Assembly (NCBI RefSeq): GCF_964355755.1
Contig: NC_092671.1
Span: forward strand, 19,220,001 to 19,284,000
DNA length: 64,000 nucleotides
DNA from: Antedon mediterranea
Lineage: Eukaryota > Animalia > Echinodermata
Reading direction: 5' to 3'
Shown here: positions 25,755-39,074 of the stretch, piece by piece
How positions within the stretch are numbered: position 1 is the first letter of the stretch
Layout of the letters: the number at the start of each line of letters is the position of its first letter
Notes under the pieces: model-generated
Told to the model about the DNA's origin: nothing
The model's input: only the letters and a program-made list of their open reading frames with translations
Databases searched by the model: none
Position numbers and translations under genes: made by a program

Positions 25755-26430
25755 ATAAAAAACACATCAACCACCAATCTAAAAAATAAAAATGGCTACT
25801 ATATTATCATTTCATTATTAACAATATTAAATTTGCTGACACGTTATTAACACAAATTAAACACATCAAAGGCAAATATTACCTACACCCCGAAAATAAA
25901 TATATATTTTTCGGAGCAAAAATCAACAATGTTATATAGGCCTAATTGAATAATATGAGTACAGTTAGTTTATAAATAAGTGATTGATGCCGGGTAGCAA
26001 TGGATGATGTCTATTTCTTCAAAACAAAGTTTATCTATAAAATTATTATTGTTGTAGATGAATTCATTTCGTTTTTAAAAACTGTACACTGATGGAATGT
26101 GCATATATTAAAATAGGAAATCTGCACTTTGCCAAACAATGGCAGCGGCACTAAATACAGAATGCCCGTAATAATTTAAAGTAGGAGCCTATAATTTCCT
26201 AGAGTTCTATAGCTGGGAGGCAATTTTCCTTACTACATTAGCTGTTGACCGTTCTACATTAGCTGGTGTTGATTTTTATTTACTACATAAGCTGTTAGTA
26301 TTTCTACATTAGCTGGAGGTTTTACTACATTAGCGGTGGATTGTTCTACAACGGTTGTTTCGATATTAGCTGGCGTTTTCGACATTAGCGGTTGTAACAT
26401 TACTATCACCAGCTAATGTAGAAACTATTA

Positions 26431-27361
26431 TATATGGTACAAACCTATGTCTAAATCATGTGCAAATGCATCTCTTTACTTAGCTATCAGTCTATCCACC
26501 TCTCATAAGCGACCGACTTTCAAAAAGGGGACATCTCGTAAGAGACCACCTCCCTAAAACAGACCGCATATCGTAAGCAACCACCCTCGTTATATTATTA
26601 TATTAGCGACCACCCCTATTGAACGACCGCCATCTCTGTTAAGGGACCGCTTCTCATAATCGATCACCTCTCGTATTTGATCACCTCCTCTCATAAGGGA
26701 CAGCTTCTCATAATCGACCACCTCTCGTAAGCGACCACCTCTCTTAACGACCACAGCTATCGTCAGGGAGACAGAGAGAGAGAGAGAGAGAGGTTGTGTT
26801 CATTAAAAGAGCTGGTCACTTACGAGAGGTGTGGTCGTTAAGAGAAGTAGTCAATTATGAAAAGCGGTCCCTTACGAGAGGTGTGGTCGTTAAGAAATGT
26901 GGTCACTTCCGAGAAGTGATCGATTATGAGAAGCGGTCCCTTATGAGAGGAGGTTAACACTTAAAAGAGATGGTCGATTATGAGAAGTGGTCTCTTAATA
27001 GAGATGGTGGTCTTTCAATAGAGGTGGTCATTTACGAGAGGTGGTCGTTAGTGGATGTTGTTGATTATGAGAAGTGGTCCTTTAAGAGAGAGAGATAGAG
27101 AGGTTGTGGTCCCTTAAAATAGGTGGTAACTTACGAGAGGTGTGGTCGTTAAGAGAGGTAGTCGCATACGATAGGTGGTCGATTATGAAAAGCGGTTGAT
27201 TATGAAAAGCGGTCCCTTACGAGAGTTGATAGTCCTTTAAAAGAGGTGGTCACTTAAGAAATGCTTACGAGATGGCCGCGTTTTGAAAGTCGGTCGTTTA
27301 CGAGATAGCTAAGTAAAGAGACGCATTTGCACATGATTTAGGCATAGGTTTGTACAATATA
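26431..27361. mobile_element. MITE-like element with terminal inverted repeats and internal GCGACCACCTCTC subrepeats in mirror orientation
   Basis: GTACAAACCTATGTCTAAATCATGTGCAAATG at left versus CATTTGCACATGATTTAGGCATAGGTTTGTAC at right; subrepeat polarity flips near the (AG)n tract at ~26775; it sits inside an ACTACATTAGC-repeat element (26231-26425, 27373-27420). Confidence 0.8.
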
Positions 27362-28059
27362 TGATATTTTTGTTACTACATTAGCGGTTGGTGTTTCTAT
27401 ATTAGCTGGCTGTCGAATTACGGCTACACATGTTTTTCGCTGCTCGGTTCCGGGAATTTCCCTTTCAAAATCACACATTTAAAGGGCTGTAGTACAGTAG
27501 TAATAGTAGACTTGCCCCAAGTCTGTATTATCTTTTTTTTAAATTTATTTGTTTTTATTTCGACCGCGATTTTTGTCTGAAAATACAAATCAAGTAGTAT
27601 ACGTATGAAACGCCATATGTGCCAAAATATTTATCTTTTTACTAATATTAAGACAAAACTCCGTCTGGAACCCAGACTATAGTAATAGTAGGTACGAGTC
27701 ACTAGTACATTTCAAGAGACGAAAGGAGTAAAAGTAAGAAAGGTCTAGAGTAGAATGATGAATGAAATCAATGAAAACGTCTATAATTTCCTTTGCACTT
27801 GATCCTGCTTCATATATTATAACATATTAATTTACAACTTTATATTTAGGGCCTACAATCAATTTCCAGGAAGAGTGGGGGCCCAACATTTTATACATAA
27901 CAAAAATTATACCTACCCAGATTTAACTCTCAACGTATGCCACTATATATTTAAGAAACCATACCTGTCAAAATGTCTACAAATAGCCTAAGGTCATGTA
28001 TATCACTCACATCACAGAAAGAACAAACAAAACCACATCTATCTCCAATGAAGTTCCAG

Positions 28060-28205
28060 ACAAGACTCTCCCCTGCCAGTGATTACCCCAAAACCCCTCA
28101 TACATTTACCAATCAGACAAACCCTATCTAACAGTGGACCAATCAGAAAAACCCAAAAGGATTGGATTTTCCCCGGTATCCCTGGGGAAATCCATCACAA
28201 ATCAG
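28060..28205. promoter_or_regulatory. Putative promoter/enhancer with CCAAT boxes and NF-kB-like sites
   Basis: CCAATCAGA at ~28109 and ~28139; GGATTTTCCCC 28164-28174; GGGGAAATCC 28184-28193. Confidence 0.45.
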
Positions 28206-28774
28206 ACAATTTTGTTAAGTTCAGTGTGCAACATTATACAATATAATTTGTATCCATTCCAAGTTATAAATTGCATTGAATATGAATGTTAAAGAAAATG
28301 ATGTTGTACATTTTAGGTACAATTACATTCTAAAATTGCCTAAAACTTCTTCACATGTTTGAGTAATGCATGTTTACAGATTTTCACATTTTGTATGCTC
28401 ATGTGGTTTTTTTTCACATTTGATGGCGAACACAATGTACTTTTTGTACATTACATGGTCCAATACCATTCTACATACAACTTCTTGTACCATCTCCAAT
28501 TAGCCCCTGTATTCTAAAATGTATTTTCTGCCTATACCGGTGTGCAGTATATTGGTATTCATGTGGTTGTGGTATTGAAACAAGTTACATTTCAATAATG
28601 GGTTAATGCAGTGAAGCGCCATATTAAATTGTTCGTACTATGTTATGATATTGTAAAGGATAAAAAAAAGGCCAGGCTAATCACACATGTGCCGTGTTGA
28701 GTATGCATAATAACAAAGTTTAATAACATTTAAAGTAAATGTTAAGAAAATGCACAACGCACTGTTACATACCT

Positions 28775-28918
28775 TATTATGTTGCTGTTATATACAACCA
28801 GAGCATTCACAACACACAAACAATCGCCATTGATGGATATTATGTTGCTGTTACACACAACCAGAGCATTCACAACACACAAACAATCGCCATTGATGGA
28901 TATTATGTTGCTGTTATA
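28775..28918. repeat. 63-bp tandem duplication (~2.3 copies)
   Basis: TATTATGTTGCTGTTA recurs at 28775, 28838 and 28901. Confidence 0.85.
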
Positions 28919-30402
28919 CTGTATATCAATTCAGTTTTAAAGTAAACAAAGCACTATTCGACAATTTACATTACAATGGAAATGAAAAATGACTGAATTG
29001 AACCATGGAGATATAAAATTAATTTATTTTTCAGCTGCATGAATCATGGTTCAATAAATATACATCAGTACTTCCCTTAAATCTATTTGTTTGATTAAAA
29101 AATCACAGATCAATAAAGAGATCTTATAAATCATGACAATGTACACCCATATTAATTCTCCACTTTCTCTGACCTCACTCAAATTGTTAAACTCTAACTT
29201 ACAGTGATACAGTTTACTCAATTTATACAAGGAAAATGCAGATCATTACATAATAACATTTATTGTAAATATCCATATAAAGAATACAATACAAACAAAC
29301 AATAGTTTAATAGTTAATATTAACGATTATAAAATCACTCAGTGCTTTCTACTCTCCTTCCAAAATAAAAAGGGTCGAGCCTAAATTCTTATGTACAGAG
29401 CTGAAGTTAATTTAAAATTTAACACCAATAGAAAACTGATACCATTACATGTACTACAAGGTTTTAATTAATTACTTAATATGAATAATTATTAACATTA
29501 TTAACTTTAAATATATCTATTAAACATTTTTATAAACAAATGAATACATAAAACACACATTTTAGATAATATTGTACTATATACTAAGGCCTTAAAAAGC
29601 ACAGCAAACATAAAAACACCAGTGACAGATTACGTTTTTCCTGTTAACAGAATAGTTTTGGAAATATTGCTTAAACTTCCTTTTTTTTGTAGTAAGAAAC
29701 CCAGGTATTTCAGAAGGAATAACACAACTTACAAATTAAAAGGGTGCCATGTGTGTACAAATGTGACTTTTTGCACAAGGGTCCTTTATTTTGTTTCAAA
29801 ACATGGATGCTTTCCAAGCGTGGCATATGCAAAGGTACATTGTGGAAAATGAAAACACATTTGTTGCCTTTTGTTAACAAAAAGGGGAATAGTAATAGAG
29901 ATATGTTTTTTTTTTGTATATCCAAAACAAATGAGAGTCATCTTTGAAAGGCCAATTTACACAGACGAGCGGGAACGGTAAGTAGAAAACCGCATAGCTT
30001 GTCCCACATAGAATCTGAATTGGACATCATCTCATCAGATATGGCAAGAAGCTGTTTTGCAGCATGCTTTAAGAGTAAACAATGTTTGTTTCAACTACTG
30101 TCTAAAACAAGGGTTATTAATATTGTTAGTTTTTGGTTACACTTCTTTTAGACTAAACAGTGACTTAAAGGCACCTTTAGGAAATTACAGAAATAGATAT
30201 TAATTTTATTATGTAGTAAAAAACAGAACATTATAAACAATTATATAAATTAAAGTTGGACGTAGTACAAAGAATTATGTGCTTTACTGAATTACTATTT
30301 TAATTCCAATATAATTTTGAAAAGTATGTTTAAAAAAGTAATTTAACAACGTATGGTTCTTATCTGTTTCATACTTTAGGTAGAACAAAACACAGAATTT
30401 GC

Positions 30403-30441
30403 TTAGTTGGTCATCTGCCTATTAACCCATTTCTTGATAGC
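30403..30441 (-). CDS. Class I/II aminotransferase, coding exon 11 (last)
   Basis: TTTACAG acceptor; AIKKWVNRQMTN*. Confidence 0.8.
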   Translation of the reverse strand, partial: AIKKWVNRQMTN

Positions 30442-30534
30442 CTGTAAAAAGATTTAAACAAAATAACCGTAACATTTCACAAGATCGATCGGTACAATGG
30501 TAATGAATTGGCCGGAAATGTGAAATTCATAAGA

Positions 30535-30815
30535 ATACGTCATTCTTATATAGCGCTTAATGCACAGATCCTCTAAACGTCATTAACATGGTCATTGGAT
30601 CAAACATGTATGGAAACATAATATAATCACACCCATAATGTTACAGCCTCAGAGCAGTTGTGTTTGACCTTACCAGGTACTCATTTGCACACCTGGGTGG
30701 AGAGAAGCAAAATTAATTCAGATTTCTTGCCTCAGGATACAAGCATTGGGACGTGCGTTTCAAATTCACAATCAGTAGTCCAACACCCAACACACTGTAC
30801 CACAGACCGAGTGGG
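30535..30815 (-). mobile_element. Degenerate tRNA-derived SINE
   Basis: CCAGGTACTCATTTGCACACCTGGGTGGAGAG core and a TATAGCGC tail typical of metazoan SINE2 families (recognised from memory). Confidence 0.55.
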
Positions 30816-31092
30816 ATCATCCTTAAAGGCCAATTTACACAGACAAACGGTAGCAATAGGCAGTAAAGGTAAGCGGAAAACGAAAACATGCAGAGATTTG
30901 ATGAATTAAAACTGTTGACTGACTGACTGTATCAATTTATGAAAAAAAGTAAATAAATTTTGAATAAAAGAAGGAAAAACTAAGCTGGAAACATATTTGA
31001 TGGATAAGTTGGATGATATAAGATTGACGAGAAAATAAAGCTTTAAACGTTAAAACAAGTATCTTAAAGATACTTCAAAAGTTCATACTGAC

Positions 31093-31266
31093 CTGAACAC
31101 CATCTACTATATTTTGACAATTACTGACGACAAAATCCTCTGGAAGATCTTTTTGATCGATTTGAGAACTAGCTTTCAGTGCGGATTTACCGTCGAACGA
31201 CACATAGCAGAATCGCACAGTAAGTTCATCAATTGGTCGCAAAAATGCTGGACCTGCACTTATCAC
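31093..31266 (-). CDS. Aminotransferase exon 10
   Basis: VISAGPAFLRPIDELTVRFCYV...DGVQ; contains the conserved substrate-binding Arg; AG/GT flanks. Confidence 0.88.
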
Positions 31267-31919
31267 CTGAAATGGATTTTAACAAAAATGTTAGTATCTA
31301 GAACAGTCATTATACATATATGTGTGTGTATTATACATACAGTGTAAGTTTATTGTAAGATTATACGTTTGATAGACTTGTTATAGTGATTCAGTTAAAA
31401 GTTGTGTCTGTCTATCACCCCAGCCTTTACTTCATGATTTGAAATGTAGATATGATTGGCAATAAAAGAATAAACATTTAACAACATTGATAAAAATACA
31501 AATTGGTACATTAAATGTTGATATAAGTCCTTCATTTTAGTATCTTTTTATTTCCTCAAACACTAACTACTGTCATAATTATTATGTTTTATTTTTGGTT
31601 AATTTTTTCTGTTTAACTTAAAAATTAGTAGTTATTCAGTATTAGTAAAGTTAGAGTGTGCAAAAACATATTAAAATTCATCATAAAAGATAGAAATGAA
31701 GTAAAAATCTGGTTATTATCAGAAAAGTTTTGTCTTGTTTTCCTCATTCCTCCTTCTGAAACTTTAATTCATGTTTGTTTATGGTTTTTATTGATTTATG
31801 AATTTATGTGTAAAGAGAGAAATAGGCTATATATATAGAATAGTAAAGTAAAATAGCCTTCAAGATTTCAAATACAACAGGGTATACTGTATTATAAACA
31901 AAATATGTAACAATCATAC

Positions 31920-32073
31920 AGCGACATTAGCTTCCTGAAAGAGAGCTTCACACATTTGCGAACAGGTAAATATTCCACGTTTTTCCAAATAAGGACGTAG
32001 GATTTCAAAGTCTGGCATCAAGTAGTAACCGCCAGTTGACCTCTTGACCTTTATCCCGACACTTGTTAACTCT
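31920..32073 (-). CDS. Aminotransferase exon 9
   Basis: ELTSVGIKVKRSTGGYYLMPDF...ANVA; AG/GT flanks, phase consistent. Confidence 0.88.
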
Positions 32074-32235
32074 CTGAATGATAAATGAACATGGAATTTG
32101 CATAATCAATTAGATTTTGTATATAAACTATGATTATTTAGTGATGTTTAACCAAATGATATAACTAATTTAATCAATTCTAAAATATTAATACAGCAAT
32201 GTATTTACACATCACATCTTGTGATTGACATATTC

Positions 32236-33243
32236 GCACACCACCTCCACCACTTGGATATTACCACACCACCTCCTCCACTTGGATATTACCACACCAC
32301 CTCCACCACTTGGATATTACCACACCATCTCCTCCACTTGGATATTACCACACCACCTCCACCACTTGGATATTACCACACCACCTCCTCCACTTGGATA
32401 TTACCACACCACCTCCTCCACTTGGATATTACCACACCACCTCCTCCACTTGGATATTACCACCCTACCTCCTCCACTTGGATATTACCACACCATCTCC
32501 ACCACTTGGATCTTACCACACCACCTCCACAACTTGGATATTACCACACCACCTCCTCCACTTGGATATTATCACACCACCTCCACAACTTGGATATTAC
32601 CACACCACCTCCACCACTTGGATCTTATCACACCACCTCCACCACTTGGATCTTATCACACCACCTTCACCACTTGGATATTACCACACCACATCCTCCA
32701 CTTGGATATTACCACACCACCTCCACAACTTGGATATTACCACACCACCTCCACCACTTGGATGCACACCACCTCCACCACTTGGATATTACCACACCAC
32801 CTCCTCCACTTGGATATTACCACACCACCTCCACCACTTGGATATTACCACACCACCTCCACCACTTGGATATTACCACACCACCTCCTCCACTTGGATA
32901 TTACCACACCACCTCCACCACTTGGATCTTATCACACCACCTCCTCCACTTGGATATTACCACACCACCTCCTGCACTTAGATATTACCACACCACCTCC
33001 ACCACTTGGATATTACCACACCACCTCCTCCACTTGAATATTACCACACCACCTCCTCCACTTGGATATTACCACACCACCTCCACCACTTGGATATTAC
33101 CACACCACCTCCTCCACTTGGATATTACCACACCACCTTCAGCACTTGGATCTTATCACACCACCTCCTCCACTTGGATCTTACCACACCACTTCCTCCA
33201 CTTGGATCTTACCACACCACCTCCTCCACTTGGATATTACTAG
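32236..33243. repeat. 28-bp minisatellite (~36 copies)
   Basis: Unit CCACACCACCTCCTCCACTTGGATATTA; a derived ~114-bp duplicated unit lies at 33580-33820. Confidence 0.95.
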
Positions 33244-33894
33244 ATGCACAGTAGAAGAGATAATCGATTAGTAGTATATTTATGTGTCTTGCATTGCATG
33301 TATTAACGATTAATTGATTGTTCACCACAAATTATATACGTTTTGTAAAGTACCACACTGAAGCTATTGCTTGCTCTGTGGGCCCATTGTGGGGATAAAT
33401 AAAATTATTGTTAAGAGTAATACAATTACAGGTGCCCTGGTAATTAGAGACGAGTTACATCATAATATATTATTCGGAGTTATAAAATTTAATGTTAATA
33501 ACAATAACACTACTACAGGTGCCCTGGGTATTGGAGACAGGTCACATCTAAGGTATTGTGCATAAGGTTAGATACAGTGACCACTCCACCTCCTCCACTT
33601 AGATCTTACCACACCACCTCCTTCATTGGGGGTTCCAGCATACCATCTCCTCCACCTGTGGTCCCGTCTAACCAAATCCTCTACATGGGTTGCAGCACAC
33701 CACCTCCTCCACTTAGATCTTACCACACCACCTCCTTCATTGGGGGTTTCAGCATACCACCTCCTCCACCTGTGGTCCCGCCTAACCAAATGCTCTACAT
33801 GGGGTTGCAGCACACCACCTTCAATCACACTGGGCTAAGTTATGAAAATGAGCGTGATGGTATTTTGTGTTTTATATAAATGGAGATATGTTAC

Positions 33895-33977
33895 CTGTAA
33901 CAATATTCAGCAACTGCAGAAAGAATCCGACGACAGTGAAACACATAATTTTGACTTTCTTCATCAAAATTGAATAT
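33895..33977 (-). CDS. Aminotransferase exon 8
   Basis: IFNFDEESQNYVFHCRRILSAVAEYCYR; AG/GT flanks. Confidence 0.85.
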
Positions 33978-34649
33978 CTAAAATAGAAAAATTTATGGAA
34001 AGTGGAAAGTGGAAACATTTACAATAAACTAAACTCCCATTTAATAGAAACTATCGATTATTTACGTACTGTTAAACCACAGGCTGGTTTAGTGCTACTA
34101 GGATATTTTAACCGGACTAATATTAGACCCTTCTGTTTGGGTAATGGACTGACACAGGTGGTTAAGTCACCAACAAGGGAAAACGCTATCCTTGATCTGG
34201 TTATATCAGATTTTGCGGGGTTATACCATACTCCCCATATTAGTTCTCCAATTGGTCATAGTGACCACAACTGTGTCAGTTGGTTGCCCAAGTGTGTAAA
34301 CATCTGAAATGTGAAAACCACCCAGCCCATTAAGGACTCTAAAGTAAGAGAATTTGGTAATTGGATCCAAAACCAAACCTGGTCCAATGTTTATGAAGCT
34401 GTTGATGTTCAGTCCAAGGCAGATGCTTTTTATCATACGGTTAATCATGGTGTTGACAGTTTTTTCCCAACCAAAACTGTGAAATTACATAACAGGGACA
34501 AACCATAGATGACGGCTCAGATAAAGAACCTGATTAACCAAAGGCAAAAAGCGTTTGCCATCGGTGATAAAACCACCAGGACTGGCCTCAGAAACAAAAT
34601 TATTAATGAAATTAAAAAAGCCAAGGCTTCACACAATATTAATAAAGTA

Positions 34650-36319
34650 CGAAGACTCATACGCCTTTTGCAAGCACTGTACAAACAATCATCAAGTGCA
34701 GTAAGGGTGAACGGAGAGCTAACCGATTGGTTTAGAACAACAGTAGGTGTACGCCAGGGCTGTTTACTGTCTTTATTTATTTATTTATTTATTTGGTATA
34801 AAAAATATATTACAAAACGACAGTCAAGGACTGAAATGAATTGTATTACAAATAAATAAAAATTAGTTAAAATTGCTATAAAAATAGAAACATCTTATTA
34901 AAATTAGATATCGTACCATAAAATTATAAAACATACATGAATAAAAAACCTTAAAACATATACTTATTACATATCTAAAAAAAGAGCTAGTGGTGCCTAT
35001 TAATTATATCCACCATGGTGGGAACTGGAGACGCCCTAAGTCTGCTGGTTTTGAGGTATGAGGTACTTCTAGAAAGCGGTTGAATCTGAGAGACCGAGCT
35101 GACTTATGAATAGGGGGAAGTATTTCTCTAAACAGCTCGGATTTTAATAAGCCTTCCCCGAAAGACAACACCAGTTTGTTTCTTCTCTCAACAAGAGTAG
35201 GTAAACCAGTAACAGACAATGCATGATCATAGCACAAATAGTTGTAACCTAGCATGATTCGCAATGCTCTCTTTTGTACCTTTTCAATAGACTTGGACGT
35301 ATCCTTAGTGATAGCGCCATGCCAAACAGGGGCAGCATATTCTAATATAGGTCTTAAAGCCATATAAACAGTCAACAGATCATTAATTAAGATTCCAGCT
35401 TTCTTCAAAATGCACAAGGAAAATTAACGTCTAGAAGCTCTAGACACAATATTATTAGTGTTAAGTTCCCATTTCTTCAACATACTATTGGAAATGGTTA
35501 TGCTTTATGCTACGTATGACACAGATAGAGGAATCAGGATTAAAGGACAACAAATAAACAATCTCCGCTTCGCTGATGACATAGTCCTTATAGCTGAAAC
35601 AGAAGAAAACCTACAACAGCTGGCAGACAACGTTCATCTGTGGAGCTCAAACTTTGGTCTCAAAATAAACATTGGCAAAACAGAAGTGCAAATTATCAGT
35701 AAATCACATCAGGACATCAACATCAACATTGCAGCCGCAAAAATAAAGCAAGTGGAAAAATTTGTGTACTTAGGAGGAACCATTACCGAGTCAGGTTGCT
35801 GTACAGAAGATATCAAAAACAGAATTGGGAAAGCTCCTGGCGCAGTTCAAAAGCTCAACAAAATATGGGCAGCCAAAGATATCACCAGTTCCACAAAACT
35901 TGAACTCTACAAGGTCCTCATACTATCAATTCTCATGTATGGATCTGAAACATGGACACTGCGAAAAGATGTCGAGAACAGACTACATAACCAGACTTGA
36001 CAAGATCAGAAACACCAAAATCAGAGAAACCCTTGGGCTGAACGATACCACAATTGAAAGGATAGCCATAAAGAGGCTCCGGTATTTTGGACATGTCAAT
36101 AGGATGCCCTCCGCAAGATATCCAAATCTACTCTTGGGCCCAATTGTCCAAGGAACTAGACCACAAGGGAGACCAGCCAAGAAATGGTTAGACTGTGTAA
36201 AGGCAGACTGCACATCAAGACACCAAGGCAACGAGTGCAACTAGAATGTCACAAGATAGGAGGATCTGACAAGAGGTCATGAAACAAAAGCCATCACAAG
36301 TCTCATATGAGTAAGTCAA
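34650..36319 (+). mobile_element. 5'-truncated RTE-clade LINE, split by a further insertion
   Basis: VRVNGELTDWFRTTVGVRQGCLLS continues at 35458 as FNILLEMVM...NLRFADD...LMYGSETW...RLRYFGHV.RM...GRP.KKW. Confidence 0.85.
34772..35457 (-). mobile_element. 3' fragment of a CR1/L2-group LINE with a (TAAA)n tail
   Basis: LRPILEYAAPVWH...IEKVQKRALRI; (TTTA)n at 34772-34794. Confidence 0.82.
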
Positions 36320-37995
36320 CCAGTGACTAATATAATTAATGCATCCCTTACGCAGAGCAAAGTGCCCACCCAATGGAAGGAAGCCAATGTGATCCCACTC
36401 CCTAAAACGGCCCCACCATCAATTGACAAGTTACGCCCGATTTCCTTGACCCCGTGCCTACAGTAGCAAAAATTGCTGAAGGTCGTGTGTGTAAATGGAT
36501 TGTAGACCATCAAATCTCAGTCACTAAACTAATCGAACTTGGGGCACCTCCTCCACTCGTACAGTGGGTGGTGGACTTCCTGACGGAAAGAAAACAAAGA
36601 GTCCGATATAAAAATTCGTACTCTGATTGGATTGAGTTGATGGGTGGAGTGCCCCAGGGTACTATCATTGGTCCAATATCATTTTTAGCCATGAACAATG
36701 ACACTCTAGTTAACATCAATAATAACAAAATGAAAGTGTGGAAATATGTAGACGACCTCACATTTGGTGAAAATAGGACTAGTGGTGATACATCGATTCA
36801 AACTAGTTTAGACACTCCGTTGAATGGAGCAATAATAATAAACTTAAACTAAATCCAAATAAATGCCTTGCAATGCATATAAATTTTAGTAAACATATAT
36901 CCCCCTATCCTGATTTGCATATATCTAATCACTCTTTGGCTGTAGTACAGGAAGTTAAATTGTTAGGTTTAATCATTCAAAACAATTTAAAGTGGCAAAG
37001 CCAGGTAGATAACATTTTTATTAAAGCTAACAAGAAAATGTTTATGATACGTAAGTTGAGAGAAGCAGGTCTTAATAGTACTGAACTTATTTCTGTTTAC
37101 AAGGGTTATTTGAGACCGGTACTTGAGTATGCAGCCTCTTTGTGGCATGCGGTTCTTACGCAGGGACAGGTGAATCAGGTGGAAATAATTCAGAAGCAAG
37201 TCTGCAAGATTGTGTTGAGCAAAGAGTATACAAGATACTCGGATTCTCTTGCCATTTTAAATCTTGAACAGTAAAAGATGGCACTCTTGCAAGGTTTTTG
37301 CCTCTAAAGCACACGCCTCTGGTCAATTCTCCACCTGGTTCCCTGTCCTCAGTATAGATCCTGCATGACCCTTGGGCATAATCGTAAAGTGAAAAATTGT
37401 AGTTATAAAACAAAACGTTTCCAGACTAGTCCAGTTCCTTTTATGGTTGAACATTTGAACAAACTTTAATTATTTTTTTGCTAGTATTATTTGAGGTAAC
37501 TGCAGTCGAACTTATTCGTATTTATATATTGTTGATTGTGTTGTCTATTGTTTACATTTTTTTTATTGTGTAATACATATTCAATTCAACCATGTGCTGC
37601 CATGTATGTACTTTTAAATGTGGATTTTTTAATAAATATACCGAGATACAGTATATACAATAGAATAAGTCAAATGAGTGGTTTAAAGGTAGGGTATAAT
37701 AATCCATAGCCACTTCATCGGCACTGATTCGAGCTTGACTCGCTCTATATGTTTCTGGTGGTAGCTAGGATAGATATATAAACTGTATGCTTTGGAAAAA
37801 TGTGGAACATTTTTTGTAGGAGATTTCCGGCGTACTAGTTTCACTTCAGACAGTCCCTGTCATATATATAAATGAGCACCTTTATATAGCTCCATGGATA
37901 TGATCCACAGGGGAGATGAAAAATGTATCTTGTCCAAACATTGCATATATGCACAATATAAATCTAACCTATTATTATTAGTCTTTACATACGAT

Positions 37996-38168
37996 TTAAT
38001 AGTTGTAAATGTAATAGTAACATCAAATTTGGAACATATTATGAACATACAAAAATGGGTTACTGACTTTGTTGCTACAGTCTTAATAGTTGTAAATGTA
38101 ATAGTAACATCAAATTTGGAACATATTATGAACATACAAAAATGGGTTACTGACTTTGTTGCTACAGT
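37996..38168. repeat. 87-bp tandem duplication
   Basis: TTAATAGTTGTAAATG...GCTACAGT at 37996 and 38083. Confidence 0.9.
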
Positions 38169-38702
38169 AAAGTTAGTACTGTATTATTAAACACCATGCA
38201 CAGTTGTTAATTTGCATAAACAAATGTGTCCGCTTATAAAAGGCAACGGAGATGCGGAATCTATGTTAGTAAGTTACCAGTTGGACGATTGAACATGTGT
38301 TATAGTGTTAACGTAGATAGAAGGTTATAACCGGTACAAGCCAGCTAAAATAGAAGGAATATACCTGATGTTCGTATTGTTGAATTGTTGTTTGTCTACT
38401 GTGTTTTAGAAACAGCAACTACTACCAAATTGATTGCATAATGGCAGTAAATTTCATAAGGTCTTTTAGACTACAAACCTATTATTATACATCATGAATA
38501 CGTTGAGAGCATTCATTCAAGTTCCAATCTTTCACAATTTAAACTGGAAAGGAAATGTAAATCCACTGTTATAGTAATGAAAGTAAGGTTGTGTATCATG
38601 TGAAAGACATAACATGTCAAATTAATTCCTGACAGCAAGTGGTAAATAAAAAATTACAATAAAATTAAGAGTTGGTGGTAGACAAGGATTACTAATTCTT
38701 AC

Positions 38703-38816
38703 CATCATAGAGGCATATTGGATTGGTCCAGACGCACAGGAATAGGTGTGGCTACCAGCACTCTTGACAGCTATCTTCAGGGCAGATAACTTCTTAGGGT
38801 AAATATTATATCCAAG
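38703..38816 (-). CDS. Aminotransferase exon 7
   Basis: LGYNIYPKKLSALKIAVKSAGSHTYSCASGPIQYASMM; completes the GWR|LGY motif. Confidence 0.9.
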
Positions 38817-39074
38817 CTAGAAGAAAAATTGGTCATTCAACTCATAAACGTAACTAGCAGATTTGTTTCCTTGCATGTCATCTGTACATTATTGATTTAA
38901 TTCTGCTAAAAAACAATCCTCATATAAAACAACTCAGAAATGTGTGTATGTTGGGCACCTATGATGTCCCCAAATTGAGATTAAATTATTAAGTATTCAC
39001 ATTAGTACCACTAGTACTGTAAAGGTAAAATAAAATTGGATGATGCCCTCTGCAGACCCATAACAGCCAGCAGT

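Larger units (their letters stand above)
34020..37640 (+). mobile_element. Decayed CR1/L2-group LINE, host of a nested insertion (pieces 34020-34650 and 36320-37640)
   Basis: PTRENAILDLVI..SDH endonuclease; WKEANVIPLPK, GGVPQGTIIGP, KYVDD, LRPVLEYA. Confidence 0.8.

Noticed and set aside
32221-33271. Long His/Pro/Thr-rich ORFs in all three + frames
   Set aside because: By-product of a largely stop-free 28-bp repeat lying antisense in an intron.
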